DNA of 64,000 nucleotides. It comes from Octopus bimaculoides. Its lineage: Eukaryota. Location of the stretch: NCBI RefSeq assembly GCF_001194135.2, contig NC_068987.1, positions 54,008,196-54,072,195 on the forward strand, given 5' to 3'. Shown piece after piece: positions 14,150 to 64,000 of this stretch (position 1 is its first letter; every line of letters starts with the position of its first letter). The notes beneath the pieces were generated by a model. That model was given only the letters and a program-made list of their open reading frames with translations. It searched no databases and was not told where the DNA came from. A program made the translations under genes and the position numbers.

Positions 14150-14272
14150 AATCCCTTCTACTAAAGGCACAAGGCCTTTTATTTTGGTGGAGAGGACTTG
14201 TCCATTATATCAACTCCAATGTTTCATTAGTACTTAATTTATCGATCACGGAAGGATGAAAGTCAAAGTCAA
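13640..14272 (-). mobile_element. Three stacked tRNA-derived SINEs (13640-13850, 13870-14060, 14152-14272 truncated) separated by (AAT)n/(GAA)n
   Basis: Repeated core 'tcgaccccgaaaggatgaaaggcaaagtcgac...gaatttgaactcag'; B-box-like GAGTTCAAATTC on the minus strand. Confidence 0.85.
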
Positions 14273-14948
14273 CAAAAAAATCTCCAAGTTGGTGCCTGCC
14301 CCGGCATGACCACACTCTGAAAACCGAAACATGTAAAGAATGGACGATAATATATTTCCCATCTATAACACCATAAATTATTTTACATAAGTAGAGGTTA
14401 AGTCGCTTTTGACATCGTGCGCACTGGAAATCAAGAAAGAAATACTTTTTCTTTCCTTATTGAGAAACAAAACCAGGAGCTCTGAAGGGAGGGATTAATC
14501 GATATTATTGACCACTATTCCTGACTTATTACTGCGTTTTATCGAATCTGAAAGCATGGAAATAGCGGCGAGCAAGCAGAAACATTAGTGTGTCGGAAAA
14601 ATAGATGCCATGTGCTATTTGTTCTGCTTTCTCTTTGCATAATGTGTTCAAATCCCGCCGAAATCAGCTTTGCTTTTCATCTTTCCAAGATCGATAAAAT
14701 AAGGTACTTGTCAAGAACTTATGGAAATTACTGGCCTCGTTCTTATGTTAGAAACCATTATTAATACTTATGAAAAGGCAGAACCATAAACGGCCGTTTA
14801 GCACAGTCATCAGTGTGTTGAATAGATTGCTAGGTGGTAATTTTCTCGACTTTGAGATCGAATCTTGCTGAGATCGATTTTCTTTTTCTTGTTCTTTCCA
14901 AGTCAGTAAATAAAATATTAGTCGTCTATTAATATTGGTTCTTCACTC

Positions 14949-15162
14949 AGGCGGTGAGCTGGCAGAAACGTTAGCATGCCGGGTGAAATGCCTAGCGTTA
15001 TTTTGTCTCTTTACTTCCTGAGTTCAAATTCCACCGAGGTCGACTTTACGTTTTATCCTTTCAGTGTCGATAAATTAAGTACCAGTTGCGTACTTTTGTC
15101 GATCTAATCGACTGACCCCAACTCCACAAGAAATTCGGGCCTTGTACCTAGAGTAGGAAAGA
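14949..15162 (+). mobile_element. tRNA-derived SINE (same family, sense orientation)
   Basis: aggcggtgagctggcagaaacgttagc...gagttcaaattccaccgaggtcgacttt... Confidence 0.85.
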
Positions 15163-16259
15163 ATATTGGTTCTTCTCTTTATGGTCTGTCTCACTTCCTT
15201 CGTAGAGGAAATTGATTGTTGTCAGTGTTGTCAGTTCTGAAGAAGTTCAGGCTCTGATAGGTCTAAAAAATTGCCACGGTACGCTGTTTATGACGGCAAG
15301 GCCCCTACAATTATATTAAAGTGTTGGTGCTTCACGAAAGCTCCTCTAGTGCTTCGTTAAAGGTATTCATCACATAATTTTCAAAACGCTCAAAAAGATT
15401 CAGAGTAAATTTTCTAAAGCGTTAAAGTTGACTTTCTAAAAATCCTTAGCACATCTAGATACATCTGCGACACATCAGTTTGGAGCTACATTCCTTTTGG
15501 GGATTTCTTTCCTTATATGTGTTAAACACCTTAGAACGAGTTTAATATCCCACATATCGACGCGGCGACAATTCTCTGCTTAGTTTTTTTACTTCATTTA
15601 AGCAGTCAGTTCTTTTGAAAAAATGAGGAAGCTCACAAAAACACGACGTCTATGTTGGCAAAAATTATAGAGGAACTGAACAGAAAACCCATTTATTGAG
15701 AAGCAAACTCCACCACACAAACATACCTGTGCCTATTTCTAATGTAAAATGTAACTAAGAGGCCATCAACGTTATCTCTTAATTGCCTCAGTCTTAGATT
15801 GTGGCCATATTAGAGCACCTCCACCAAGAATTTTATTTAAGTTTGGACTTATTTTATCGGTTTCTTTTGCCAAACCGCTAAGTTACGGAGGCGTAAACAC
15901 ACTAACACTGGTTGCCAGGTAGATACACACACACACATACACACGCACACTATATATATATATATATATACACACACACAACAAGCTTCTTTCAATTTCT
16001 GTCTACTTCTTTCAATTTCTGGCCGGCTCGAGGTTATAGTAGAAGACACTTGCTCAAGATGTCACGCTCTGGGACTGAACCATAAATCATGTCATTGGGA
16101 AGCTAACTTCTTAACACATAGCCACGCTTTCTCGTAAAAAATATACACAAATGATTAACAACTACAAAAAAGAAAGGTTGAGTTTTCAAGACATGTAAGA
16201 AATTCAAATATATTCCAAAACACATTCGATTTATAATAGTAAAATGCAATACCTTATTG

Positions 16260-17290
16260 ATGTGGTTGGAAAAACAGCCCTGTCGCTTTTCCATATGACC
16301 ACTTTGAGGAGAATTTTTCAGTACTTAAGCTAAAATGAGTATTCATTTTTACATTTTTCCCTATTTTATTTTTTGTAGATTATTTTATATCACCATGATT
16401 AAATTCGTATTGATTCTACCCTTTTAAAATGAGTTTAGATCTGACCCATATCAGGCAATGAATGCTGTATGAATTTCAGATTGGCTCTTCAAGAATTGAA
16501 GTGACAAGAAACGTTTGTTCTATCTATAGAAATGATAGTTTAACTGTCCGGACTTGCCAACAATGGTTAGGCAAATTTCGTTTGGGAAACTTTTCTCCTG
16601 CAGATTTCTCACGATCTGGACGACCAAGTTTAAGCTGTAGTTAGGGAAAACCTCAAGCAAACTGTGGGAGTATTAGTAAAACATTTCAATTCAAGCTGCG
16701 CTTCAACCATAGAACATCTTCATGGACTAAGAAACGTATGTAAGCAATTGCCTCCTTATTATTTGACTAATTTTTAAGTTAATGAAAGAAGGCAACACTT
16801 TCATTGAAAAATAGATTTGCTGACAAATATTTCCAGTGTAGAATCACCTCAAGTGATGAAAGTAAGTTATCTATAATCATATTCAATGAATACTACAACG
16901 GTTATCACGCTATGAAAACAGTCGAAAAAATACTTATGTTCTCCGTCTGGTACGATATGAAGGGTGTTGTATATCATGAAGTGTTAAACCAAAGTGAAAG
17001 TTAATACAGCAGAAAAATTTGCAGAAAAAGCAAATTACTCGTAAAGGAGTGGTACTCTTACAAGATTATGTACGACAACACATTGCCCTGGCCATTCAGG
17101 AAAAGGTTATGGCACAAAAATGGGTAGTTTGTCTCATCCTCCCCACTCCGCAGATCTTGCTCCAACTATCATCTTTTCAGATTAAATCATTATTAATTAG
17201 AATGAAAACAGTTTATTGTGAAAAGATTTTTTAAAATGACTTATCGTGTTTCTTTTCAGCGAAACCTGAAACATTTCGTACCCGAGGTAG
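16260..17290 (+). mobile_element. Decayed mariner (Tc1/mariner) transposon
   Basis: MLYEF...RTCQQWLGKFRLGNF...RSGRP (HTH), ITSSDE, MFSVWYDMKGVVYHEVL, GVVLLQD..RQH, HPPHSADLAP. Multiple stops and frameshifts; TIRs degenerate. Confidence 0.85.
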
Positions 17291-17684
17291 GAATTTTCTA
17301 TCTTGATTTAACATACCAATTAAGGCCAAAGAAGCATTTGTTTCTTTCCCATTTTGAAAGCAGAAACTCACACATGTACATATATACATATATACATACA
17401 TATAGAACTTACATAGACATACATGCACGCACTTATGCAGACACACACGTAATCACATACACATGACGTGTATGAGCAGAATGAAATAAGTTGGGATAAG
17501 AGCACACACGAAGACGAACATTGTAGCTGAAGAGGTCACGGATGTGTGACGAAAGATTTCCGGACAACGGACATAAGTTAGAATAAGAGCAGTAATAAAT
17601 GAGGTGAAAGACAAATATATAGTGCGTGAGTTTATTTTGCAAAAAAAAAAAAATGACCATCTCGAAATAGTCTCATTTTATTTA

Positions 17685-17724
<40 letters not shown>

Positions 17725-20163
17725 TTTCTTTCTTCACAAAAACCAAAATTTGAAAGGAAAAGAAAATCAAATTACAAATTAAGACAAGAGTTTTGAAGTG
17801 GGGAATAGGTCACACTCTTTATTTAGTTTGAAGGTAATACATATATAGAGACGTTCCTTCTCTTTCCCTCTCAGTGACAGCTTGATAAACAACAATATTT
17901 AACAAGAAATGAGAACAGCATTTAACATACACACAATAAATAGGTTTTCTTTTCTAAATGCTTCTTATATATTTCAGTGTTCTTTAATGATTTGTTGTCT
18001 ATTATTGTTGTTATCGATATAAACATGGGTTCTGTTTTGTGAACCGAAATGGTCAGCTTCCATCAGTGAGAGTAAAAGAAAATTAAGGAACTCTTAAGTA
18101 ATTGTGTTCTTTCGTTTTATTATGAATATTAAATTCCACTTAATATTTTATTATGCCATACAATAGAAACTGATCTGTTATAATTGACGACAACAAACAT
18201 GGTGAAAAATAATACGTTGAGCGACATATTTCAACAAATGCGATGTATAAAGTTTCTTGAACGGCATCAAAATAGCTGCTGAAAATAGCGACTAGATGTT
18301 GAAAACAGAGAAAAAGAAGTCTAGGTCACCTGACAAACATATCTATATATGCGTGATTCTATTCAATTACACGATTAATTTTTTCATTATTTTCATGTAA
18401 TATTGAATCCATTTTTATACTGCTAAAGCAATCAAATGGAAGTTTTTATTATAGTTGATCTTAATTTTTGAACCAATACCCGTCAGATTTTCAGATGGTA
18501 GTCAATTATTTTTCTCTGCTTTGCTTCTCTCTATTTCTTCAGAGTGTCCTAGAAGTCGCTTGTCAGCAGAATTAAGGTTTTTAAAGGGGGCAAGGAAGAT
18601 AGAGATCAGAGAGTTGGTCAGTTTGTTCTGAGGTCAAGATCTGTAGCTTACTGTCCAACCAGATATTAAGTTGGACATCAGTTGTTTCGAATTGGTAAGA
18701 ATACTGATCTTGATAAGAAAAAGCAGGTCACACTCAAACGTTAAAGATTTCTGGAATAAAGCGAAAAATAAAATATTTACCAACTTTAATACCAAAAATA
18801 GTCTTTTCAAATACAAGGAGAAAAGGATTCACTATTAATTAGGCCAACGGAATTTAAGCTGATTTTGTTACGAATATTATGCATTTTCGTTGAAGAATTA
18901 TAGACAAACCACTTGTCATTGTAGTTGTATCTAATAACCAGAAATTACAAGGAAATTGATCGAATTCAAATGAACTGAGCATATCTTTTGATTTTTAAAA
19001 TCTTTTCTAAATTTATTTCCATTTTACGAATAATTATTTCCTATTATAGATTAATATTATAAATAAATCAATTTAGACTTCAGCTCGGAATATCAAATTG
19101 AATGGAACAGACCGATGTTTCTGAGTGATAGGTCTGAGATCTAACAAATAATTCTGAGAAAATCCTTCCTACTTAAGTTAGAAATTCACCTGGTGGTTTA
19201 TTACTACACATTGTGAGTTTAAGGTGGAATGAACTGTTTTTGCAAGTAATTCAAACCGGAAGTACAGCAAATTTGATAATGAATATTATGGAGCCGTTTG
19301 AGAACTAAGTACTAGATTGTTTTCATGTTTTGGTCCAAATTTATTTTCATTAAGATGACTTGAACTTAGTATTTTTTCGTTAATTCATAGGACCTTATAC
19401 AATCATCCCATGGTATTTTCCTCGTGAACAAAACACAAGTGACTATGGTATATAAATACCGATTTGCTTCGATTAGTAGTCCACCATGCCAAGCTATCGG
19501 CGCTGCTGGTTACCCACGTACAACAAAGTAGAGTCAACAAGTAAATATGTATAAAGCTCTGAATGCACAACTGAAACAGCATTAAATCAAAGTCGCTATC
19601 TGCGTATAAACAAAATCTATATAGACCGTTAGAAAGCATGATGCTTTGCAATTGTCTGCCTGAGGCAAAATATCTTCAGAGACTTGTGTTAAAAAATATG
19701 ATATAGACACGAGGTAACCATCGTTGCTGCAGTGACTCAGGAGAATGACAGACGCGTTTCACCTTTCTCGAGTCTAGCCAATGCCGTGCACCCGTTGTCA
19801 CCTGCTTCTTGATAAACAGAATTAAACATTAGCACAATTGAAGCAGTATTAAATTAAAATCGGCATCTGTTTATCGCACTAAATGCATCTTCACAGTTAG
19901 AAGACATGACACCGTTGAATTCTCGAATTATCTGAGATGAAATCTCTTTCTGATGAAGAAATTTTATTTCAGACAATTCCACAGCAACTTGTGAACACAT
20001 TTTGTATGAGATACACACGGCAATAGAAATATTTAAAATGCACATGTAACAATGCTAAGATATCTTCACTGAAAGTTACTTACCTTTGAACTAACTATAT
20101 GTTTTTAATACATTTTAAAAATCATTTTTATATTGTTGTTTGAAAGTTGTTTAATTAGTTCAT

Positions 20164-57620
<37,457 letters not shown>

Positions 57621-57923
57621 GGCTGGTTTCTTTTACGCTATCAACAACTGAAAGAGAAAAAAACACGGTGAAAAATCAATGAGCTAATCGATCACACGGT
57701 GACTCACAAAAGAACATGTATATATGTATTCATAAAAATATAACTTTTATGTATCGACACACACACATATATATATATATTCTTAGACATAGATCTATAT
57801 GAATAGTTTTTTTTTTACACACACACATAGATATATATATACACACAAATTGTGTGTGTGTGGTCATAATTTTTATATTCATACGGAAATACATATGCAT
57901 ATATAAGTGAAGAAGTATGTTTG

Positions 57924-58006
<83 letters not shown>

Positions 58007-58329
58007 TAATGTTCGTGTATATACATATATTCGTTTCGTGCGTGTATGTTATATAAGNNNNNNNNNNNNNNNNNNNNNNNNNNNNNNNNNNNNNNNNNNN
58101 NNNNNNNNNNNNNNNNNNNNNNNNNNNNNNNNNNNNNNNNNNNNNNNNNNNNNNNNNNNNNNNNNNNNNNNNNNNNNNNNNNNNNNNNNNNNNNNNNNNN
58201 NNNNNNNNNNNNNNNNNNNNNNNNNNNNNNNNNNNNNNNNNNNNNNNNNNNNNNNNNNNNNNNNNNNNNNNNNNNNNNNNNNNNNNNNNNNNNNNNNNNN
58301 NNNNNNNNNNNNNNNNNNNNNNNNNNNNN

Positions 58330-58381
<52 letters not shown>

Positions 58382-59309
58382 TCTTCTTTTAACTTTGTGA
58401 ACTTTGTAGATTAGGTGTATTGATAAAAATAGACATGTGTATTATTTCTGGGTGTGTTGTATGTTTATGCATTTTAATTATTTCTGCCGTTTGTAACGTC
58501 TTTCGTTTTCAGATGTTATTCTGTTTTTTTCATTATTGAATTTTTATTGAGTCATGTTAGCATGTGAAAGAAATATAAATGATTAAAGCTAGAAACAAAA
58601 AAAAACTGAATTGCTACACATAATTCACTTTGAAATAACCAACTTGAATGCTCGTTAGAATTCGTATTCATCCACTGTGTGTTCTTATAGCGTTTGAGAA
58701 GTATTCTTTCTTATACATAAAAGAATTAAGCGCTTCTTTGAAAACATAAATTTTTTTTAGGTTAACACTACTGATTAAGCATGATTTAACAATATAATAT
58801 GTAGGAAGCCTAGTAATACTATTTCACAAAACTTACTTATATCTCTCCCATTAAGGAATCGGAAATTCGTTTTGTACACAAATACAGTGAATGTGTTTAT
58901 ATGCATTAAATATATTCGCTTAAAATGTGTGGTCTTGCGTCTAATGTGAGCTTGAATACCACTCGTAACAGCCCAAGTAGAATTTTAAATGATCATGAAT
59001 CACATGCAATACGCTTATATTCATGGTGTATCTGAACTATATATTGTTGAAATGATTATAATGCAGAACCATCATCGTCATTTATGGACCCAGTATATGA
59101 TACACCTCGACTAATAAATTCTCTCTGGAATTTCAGTTTGTATGTCAGTGTTTGAGGGAAAATGCCCACCTCTATGCACTCTGTTACACTCCGCTATTCG
59201 TAAAGGAGCTAACTGAGGGTTAAACCGCTCGGATTTACAAACCTCCGCGTATTTGATGTGTGTATGTTTATATATATATATACACATGTATATACAAGTA
59301 TATAAATAA

Positions 59310-59433
59310 ACATATATATTCCGGGTTCAGTCCCACTGCGTGGCACCTTGGGCAAGTGTCTTCTACTATAGCCTCGGGCCGACCAAAGCCTTGTGAGTGG
59401 ATTTGGTAGAGGGAAGCTGAAAGAAGCCCGTCG

Positions 59434-59475
<42 letters not shown>

Positions 59476-59757
59476 CGTGTGTGTGTGTGTGTGTATGTTT
59501 GTGTGTCTGTTTGCCCCCCCCCCCACNNNNNNNNNNNNNNNNNNNNNNNNNNNNNNNNNNNNNNNNNNNNNNNNNNNNNNNNNNTCCCTTGACAACCGAT
59601 GTTGGTGTGTTTGCGTCCCCGTAACTTAGTGGTTCGGCAAAAGAACTGATAGAATAAGTACTAGGCTTACGAAGAATAAGTCCTGGTGTCGATTTGCTCG
59701 ACTAAAGGCGGGGCTCCAGCATGGTCGCAGTCAAATGACTGAAACAAGTAAACGAGT
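59310..59757 (+). mobile_element. Second SINE family with internal (TA)n/(TG)n; fragments also at ~6760-6960, 10300-10435, 15790-16115 (minus)
   Basis: ccgggttcagtcccactgcgtggcaccttgggcaagtgtcttctactatagcc...gatagaataagtactagg, recurring in reverse at the other sites. Confidence 0.8.
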
Positions 59758-60072
59758 ATATGTGTAGATTATATAAGCATACATTTAATAGTACTGATTC
59801 ATCCCCCTCCTATTGGAGTTTCGCGTGAGTAGAACACATCTACATCATCAACTGTATTCGAAGATCTGATGAGGTGACTATATTGTTATGTGTTAATGCT
59901 TGCTTTTAAGTATAGTTATACTTAACTGCAAACATTAAATTGACAGATGGCTCGCTATTTTCAAGTGGAGCAACGTATATTTTTACAAGGAAATTATCAG
60001 CTGCTTCGAAGGCTCGCGTTATTAGCCGTCATCAAACTGATCATCAGTAAAAGAGAGAAACAGAGAGAGTGT

Positions 60073-60107
<35 letters not shown>

Positions 60108-61359
60108 NNNNNNNNNNNNNNNNNNNNNNNNNNNNNNNNNNNNNNNNNNNNNNNNNNNNNNNNNNNNNNNNNNNNNNNNNNNNNNNNNNNNNNNNNNNNN
60201 NNNNNNNNNNNNNNNNNNNNNNNNNNNNNNNNNNNNNNNNNNNNNNNNNNNNNNNNNNNNNNNNNNNNNNNNNNNNNNNNNNNNNNNNNNNNNNNNNNNN
60301 NNNNNNNNNNNNNNNNNNNNNNNNNNNNNNNNNNNNNNNNNNNNNNNNNNNNNNNNNNNNNNNNNNNNNNNNNNNNNNNNNNNNNNNNNNNNNNNNNNNN
60401 NNNNNNNNNNNNNNNNNNNNNNNNNNNNNNNNNNNNNNNNNNNNNNNNNNNNNNNNNNNNNNNNNNNNNNNNNNNNNNNNNNNNNNNNNNNNNNNNNNNN
60501 NNNNNNNNNNNNNNNNNNNNNNNNNNNNNNNNNNNNNNNNNNNNNNNNNNNNNNNNNNNNNNNNNNNNNNNNNNNNNNNNNNNNNNNNNNNNNNNNNNNN
60601 NNNNNNNNNNNNNNNNNNNNNNNNNNNNNNNNNNNNNNNNNNNNNNNNNNNNNNNNNNNNNNNNNNNNNNNNNNNNNNNNNNNNNNNNNNNNNNNNNNNN
60701 NNNNNNNNNNNNNNNNNNNNNNNNNNNNNNNNNNNNNNNNNNNNNNNNNNNNNNNNNNNNNNNNNNNNNNNNNNNNNNNNNNNNNNNNNNNNNNNNNNNN
60801 NNNNNNNNNNNNNNNNNNNNNNNNNNNNNNNNNNNNNNNNNNNNNNNNNNNNNNNNNNNNNNNNNNNNNNNNNNNNNNNNNNNNNNNNNNNNNNNNNNNN
60901 NNNNNNNNNNNNNNNNNNNNNNNNATATATATATATATATATATAATTACACAAGACATGAAGACGATTAGACTTTTAAGATATTCTTTTCTTTACAAAG
61001 AACTTTATTGTTAATGTACTGAGAAAATTTTAAATGGTTTCGTTTCTTTAGAACAACTGTAATTTTTGTGTTAAAATAGGGCTCCATCAAATGAAAAACA
61101 TGGTCGCTTTAAATACATGTAAAACTAGACATTTTATATTCAATTTAAGTAGTATTCCTTTTCTTCAAAGAGACAATAGTATTATTGTTAAGCATGAACG
61201 CATATTCACGGAATCTCTCATCACATCTTCTTACACTCACATATATATACATACATTACATGCATGTATGAGTGTGCATATATGCGCGTATGTATGTACC
61301 TGTGAGTGAATGTATGCATGTATCGGTGCTTATATGTAGGCAGACATACTGCTTTCAAA

Positions 61360-61548
61360 TTGCGGCACAAGGCCAGCAATTTCGTGGGGAGCGATTACAT
61401 CGACCTCAATGAATGATACTTATTTTATCGACTCCGAAAGAATGAAAAGCAAAGTCGACCTCGGTGGAATTTGAACTCAGAACGTAAAGACATATGAAAT
61501 GCTGCTAAGCGTTTCGCCCGGCGTGCTAATGATTCTGTTCGCCACCTT
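61360..61548 (-). mobile_element. tRNA-derived SINE (same family)
   Basis: ggcacaaggccagcaattt...aaagtcgacctcggtggaatttgaactcag. Confidence 0.85.
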
Positions 61549-61575
61549 ATATATATATAGAGAGAGAGAGAAATA

Positions 61576-61781
61576 TACGAGGCGTTGTTGAAAAATTCTT
61601 AGCTTTGGGCAAAAGAAAATAAAGGAGGATCAGTTGATTATGATTTTTGCAACATATTCTCTTCTCAAATTCACACACTTATTGCAATGGTCCTTCAGTT
61701 TTTCTAAGCCCCGTAAAAGAACTTGGAAGTTTGAGCCTCCAGCCAGACCTTTCGCGAGGAACTTTTCAGCACCCCCTCGTA
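61576..61781. mobile_element. Internally deleted mariner derivative (MITE) with TA TSD
   Basis: TIRs ta|cgaggcgttgttgaaaaattct and ggaacttttcagcaccccctcg|ta. The interior (minus strand) retains the mariner C-terminus GLEKLKDHCNKCVNLRREYVAK. Confidence 0.8.
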
Positions 61782-62891
61782 TTGAGGAGAGTTTTAATGC
61801 ATTTAAACTACTACCGTCAATACTTTCACTCACTTGACATATCTAGCTAGTTATCAAGTTGTTCATAATACCCAATTGATCAACATTACGGATTCTGTAG
61901 AACATGATCTGTCGAAAAGCTACACTGCGAAATCAGCATTAGTGACCTTGACATCAAGTAAAGACCCCCTTCGGTCATAAATGACCATGGGATTTTACCT
62001 AGAAAGTTACCTTCCGAAGCACAAATCCAGGCAAGGTTGTTTCTGGAAGACTAGTAGCACCCATGCATACTGGCCTCCGCTCTCCACGCCACCGATGTTA
62101 TCCAAAGGAAAGGCAAATGCCGACACAGTTTGGCATCAGTGACGTCGCAACTCATTTCTACAGCTGAGTGAACTGGAGCAACATGAAATAAAGTGTCTTG
62201 CTCAAGAACACAACACACAGCCCGGTCCGGGAATCGAGCTCACTACCTCATGATCATGAGCCCAACACTCTAATCACCGAGCCATGCGCCTTCACATGAC
62301 ATCAGTAAAACCATAACCGACCCGCCTATTAACTTCACCTGCTCCTTATCCTAATTCCAGACTGTGAAACAGAAAACCTCAGGAATCAAGAATTTCTCTA
62401 GCCTTAGCATACCATTAAAGAAAAGACATGTATATATGCATACACATACCATCATATATACGTACATATGCATGTAATATGTATACATACATATACACAC
62501 GTGTACATATATATTTTATATATACACATATATATAGTCATGAATATACACATGCACATATACCAGCATATAACAAAGGTATATCTATGCCCATTTACAT
62601 ATATACATGCACACACACACACACACACACATATATATANNNNNNNNNNNNNNNNNNNNNNNNNNNNNNNNNNNNNNNNNNNNNNNNNNNNNNNNNNNNN
62701 NNNNNNNNNNNNNNNNNNNNTATATGCATATATATAAATATACATGAATATGCATATATATACATGCACAGTCACAAACATTATATTCATACACACTCAT
62801 GTATATTTGTGTATTCTATACCAGCAAGGAAGGAGTCTGTCATAACCACCACCACCACTACACACCGCATTGTTTTTCGCTAGTCTTTTAC

Positions 62892-63215
62892 CTTTCCGTT
62901 AGCTTTTCCTAGCGCTCGTACGCACGCACGCACACACACACACCAGTCCGCAACATTCCCGCACCTACAAACTTGTAGCTTCTACGAGTGTGCCAGCGCG
63001 TGCCTTTGCTACTGGTTGCCAAGTAGATCGTATTTCATTCACCAAATACGTAGTTGATGCCGTCCCACAACTTGTACGCCTGAGCTTCTTGTTCTTTTTA
63101 CTTATTTGTTCATTTCTTTGATATATTCTCCCTACTTAGTTTTATTTATTTATTTGTTTATGCTTCCCTTCTTTTACGGGGATGGTGATGCCTTGTTTTT
63201 TACGTGATTCCTTCG
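62892..63215 (-). other. Possible non-coding first exon of TnT
   Basis: CpG/GC-richer segment ending in a donor GGAAAG|gtaaaa at 62891 and lying downstream (minus strand) of an E-box/TATA pair. The 5' end is a guess, and the segment contains short uORFs. Confidence 0.3.
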
Positions 63216-63238
63216 TTTTTTTTTTACTAATTTATTTA

Positions 63239-63250
63239 TTTATACAGCTG
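63239..63250 (-). promoter_or_regulatory. Adjacent E-box (CAGCTG) and TATAAA, candidate muscle core promoter
   Basis: The minus strand reads CAGCTG TATAAA, oriented toward the TnT gene. Confidence 0.3.
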
Positions 63251-64000
63251 TAGGTAATATGGCGGCGGATATACGAAGAGCCCAGAAGCAAAATGAAAGA
63301 GGAGGAGTAAATATATACTATACGGAGGAACAGAGGATAGTGTGTGCGTGTGTGTGTGATGTATGTAGGAGAAAGTGGAATGGGGGGAAGGGGTGTTTGT
63401 GTGCATATATATGTGTGAGTTTTTGCATGTTTGTGTATCTGTGTGGTAGAAGAGGGTGTGAGTGAAAGGGGTGTGTTATTAAAGTAGAGAGAAATATGGC
63501 TGTGTATGGGTACGTATGTGTCAGAGTGAGAGAGGAAGAAAAGGCGAGAGTAAAAGAGATTTTTTTGTTTCTTCTCTGTCGTCTGGAAGTAATCATTTTG
63601 GCGTGTATATGTTAAAAATGGAGAGAAGATGCGTGAGTCTGAGAGCATATATATGTGTATGAGTGTATATGTGTATCTAGTGTGTGTGTGCGCGCAAGCA
63701 CCCGCGCGTGTGTGTGTACTCGGCTGTTTACGTAAATGCACGTACACATTTATTTGGATTTATATAAACACATACACACGCCTATGTCTATGTATGCGTA
63801 TGTAGCAAGAGAGATAAGGTCTGTCAAAGGAAAATAGAAAAAGGACAGTGCAAGAAATTGAGGCTGTCCATCAGAAGCTCCTGAAAGATTCCTCAATTGA
63901 CATCAGACATCTGAGAGAGCCAACGGCTCATATGAATGAGTTCCAGAAGTTTTATCTTATCCTCAAACATTTTTGCTCCTGGTCGGTCACCCTGAACGCT

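Overview
AT-rich, microsatellite-dense eukaryotic genomic DNA with seven N-gaps. It is most likely from a coleoid cephalopod (Octopus-like), inferred from the tRNA-derived SINE families and the molluscan-type protein. The window holds one clear protein-coding gene: a troponin T on the minus strand (CDS 57620 to 20164), with 18 visible coding exons and one more exon inferred inside the 24403-24949 gap. The main finding is its N-terminal region, built from nine symmetric phase-2 microexons (15-30 nt) that the ORF track misses. Several of them arose by tandem duplication of exon plus flanking intron, and every skip or include combination stays in frame with no stop codon. The last exon also has an internal in-frame GTAAGT donor and a second donor after the stop, suggesting alternative C-termini. 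The rest is intronic or intergenic: a decayed R4/Dong-clade LINE, Penelope-like and mariner remnants, hAT and TA-flanked MITEs, foldback hairpins, SINEs and microsatellites. All splice calls are read from sequence signals and reading-frame continuity only; no expression data or database searches were available.
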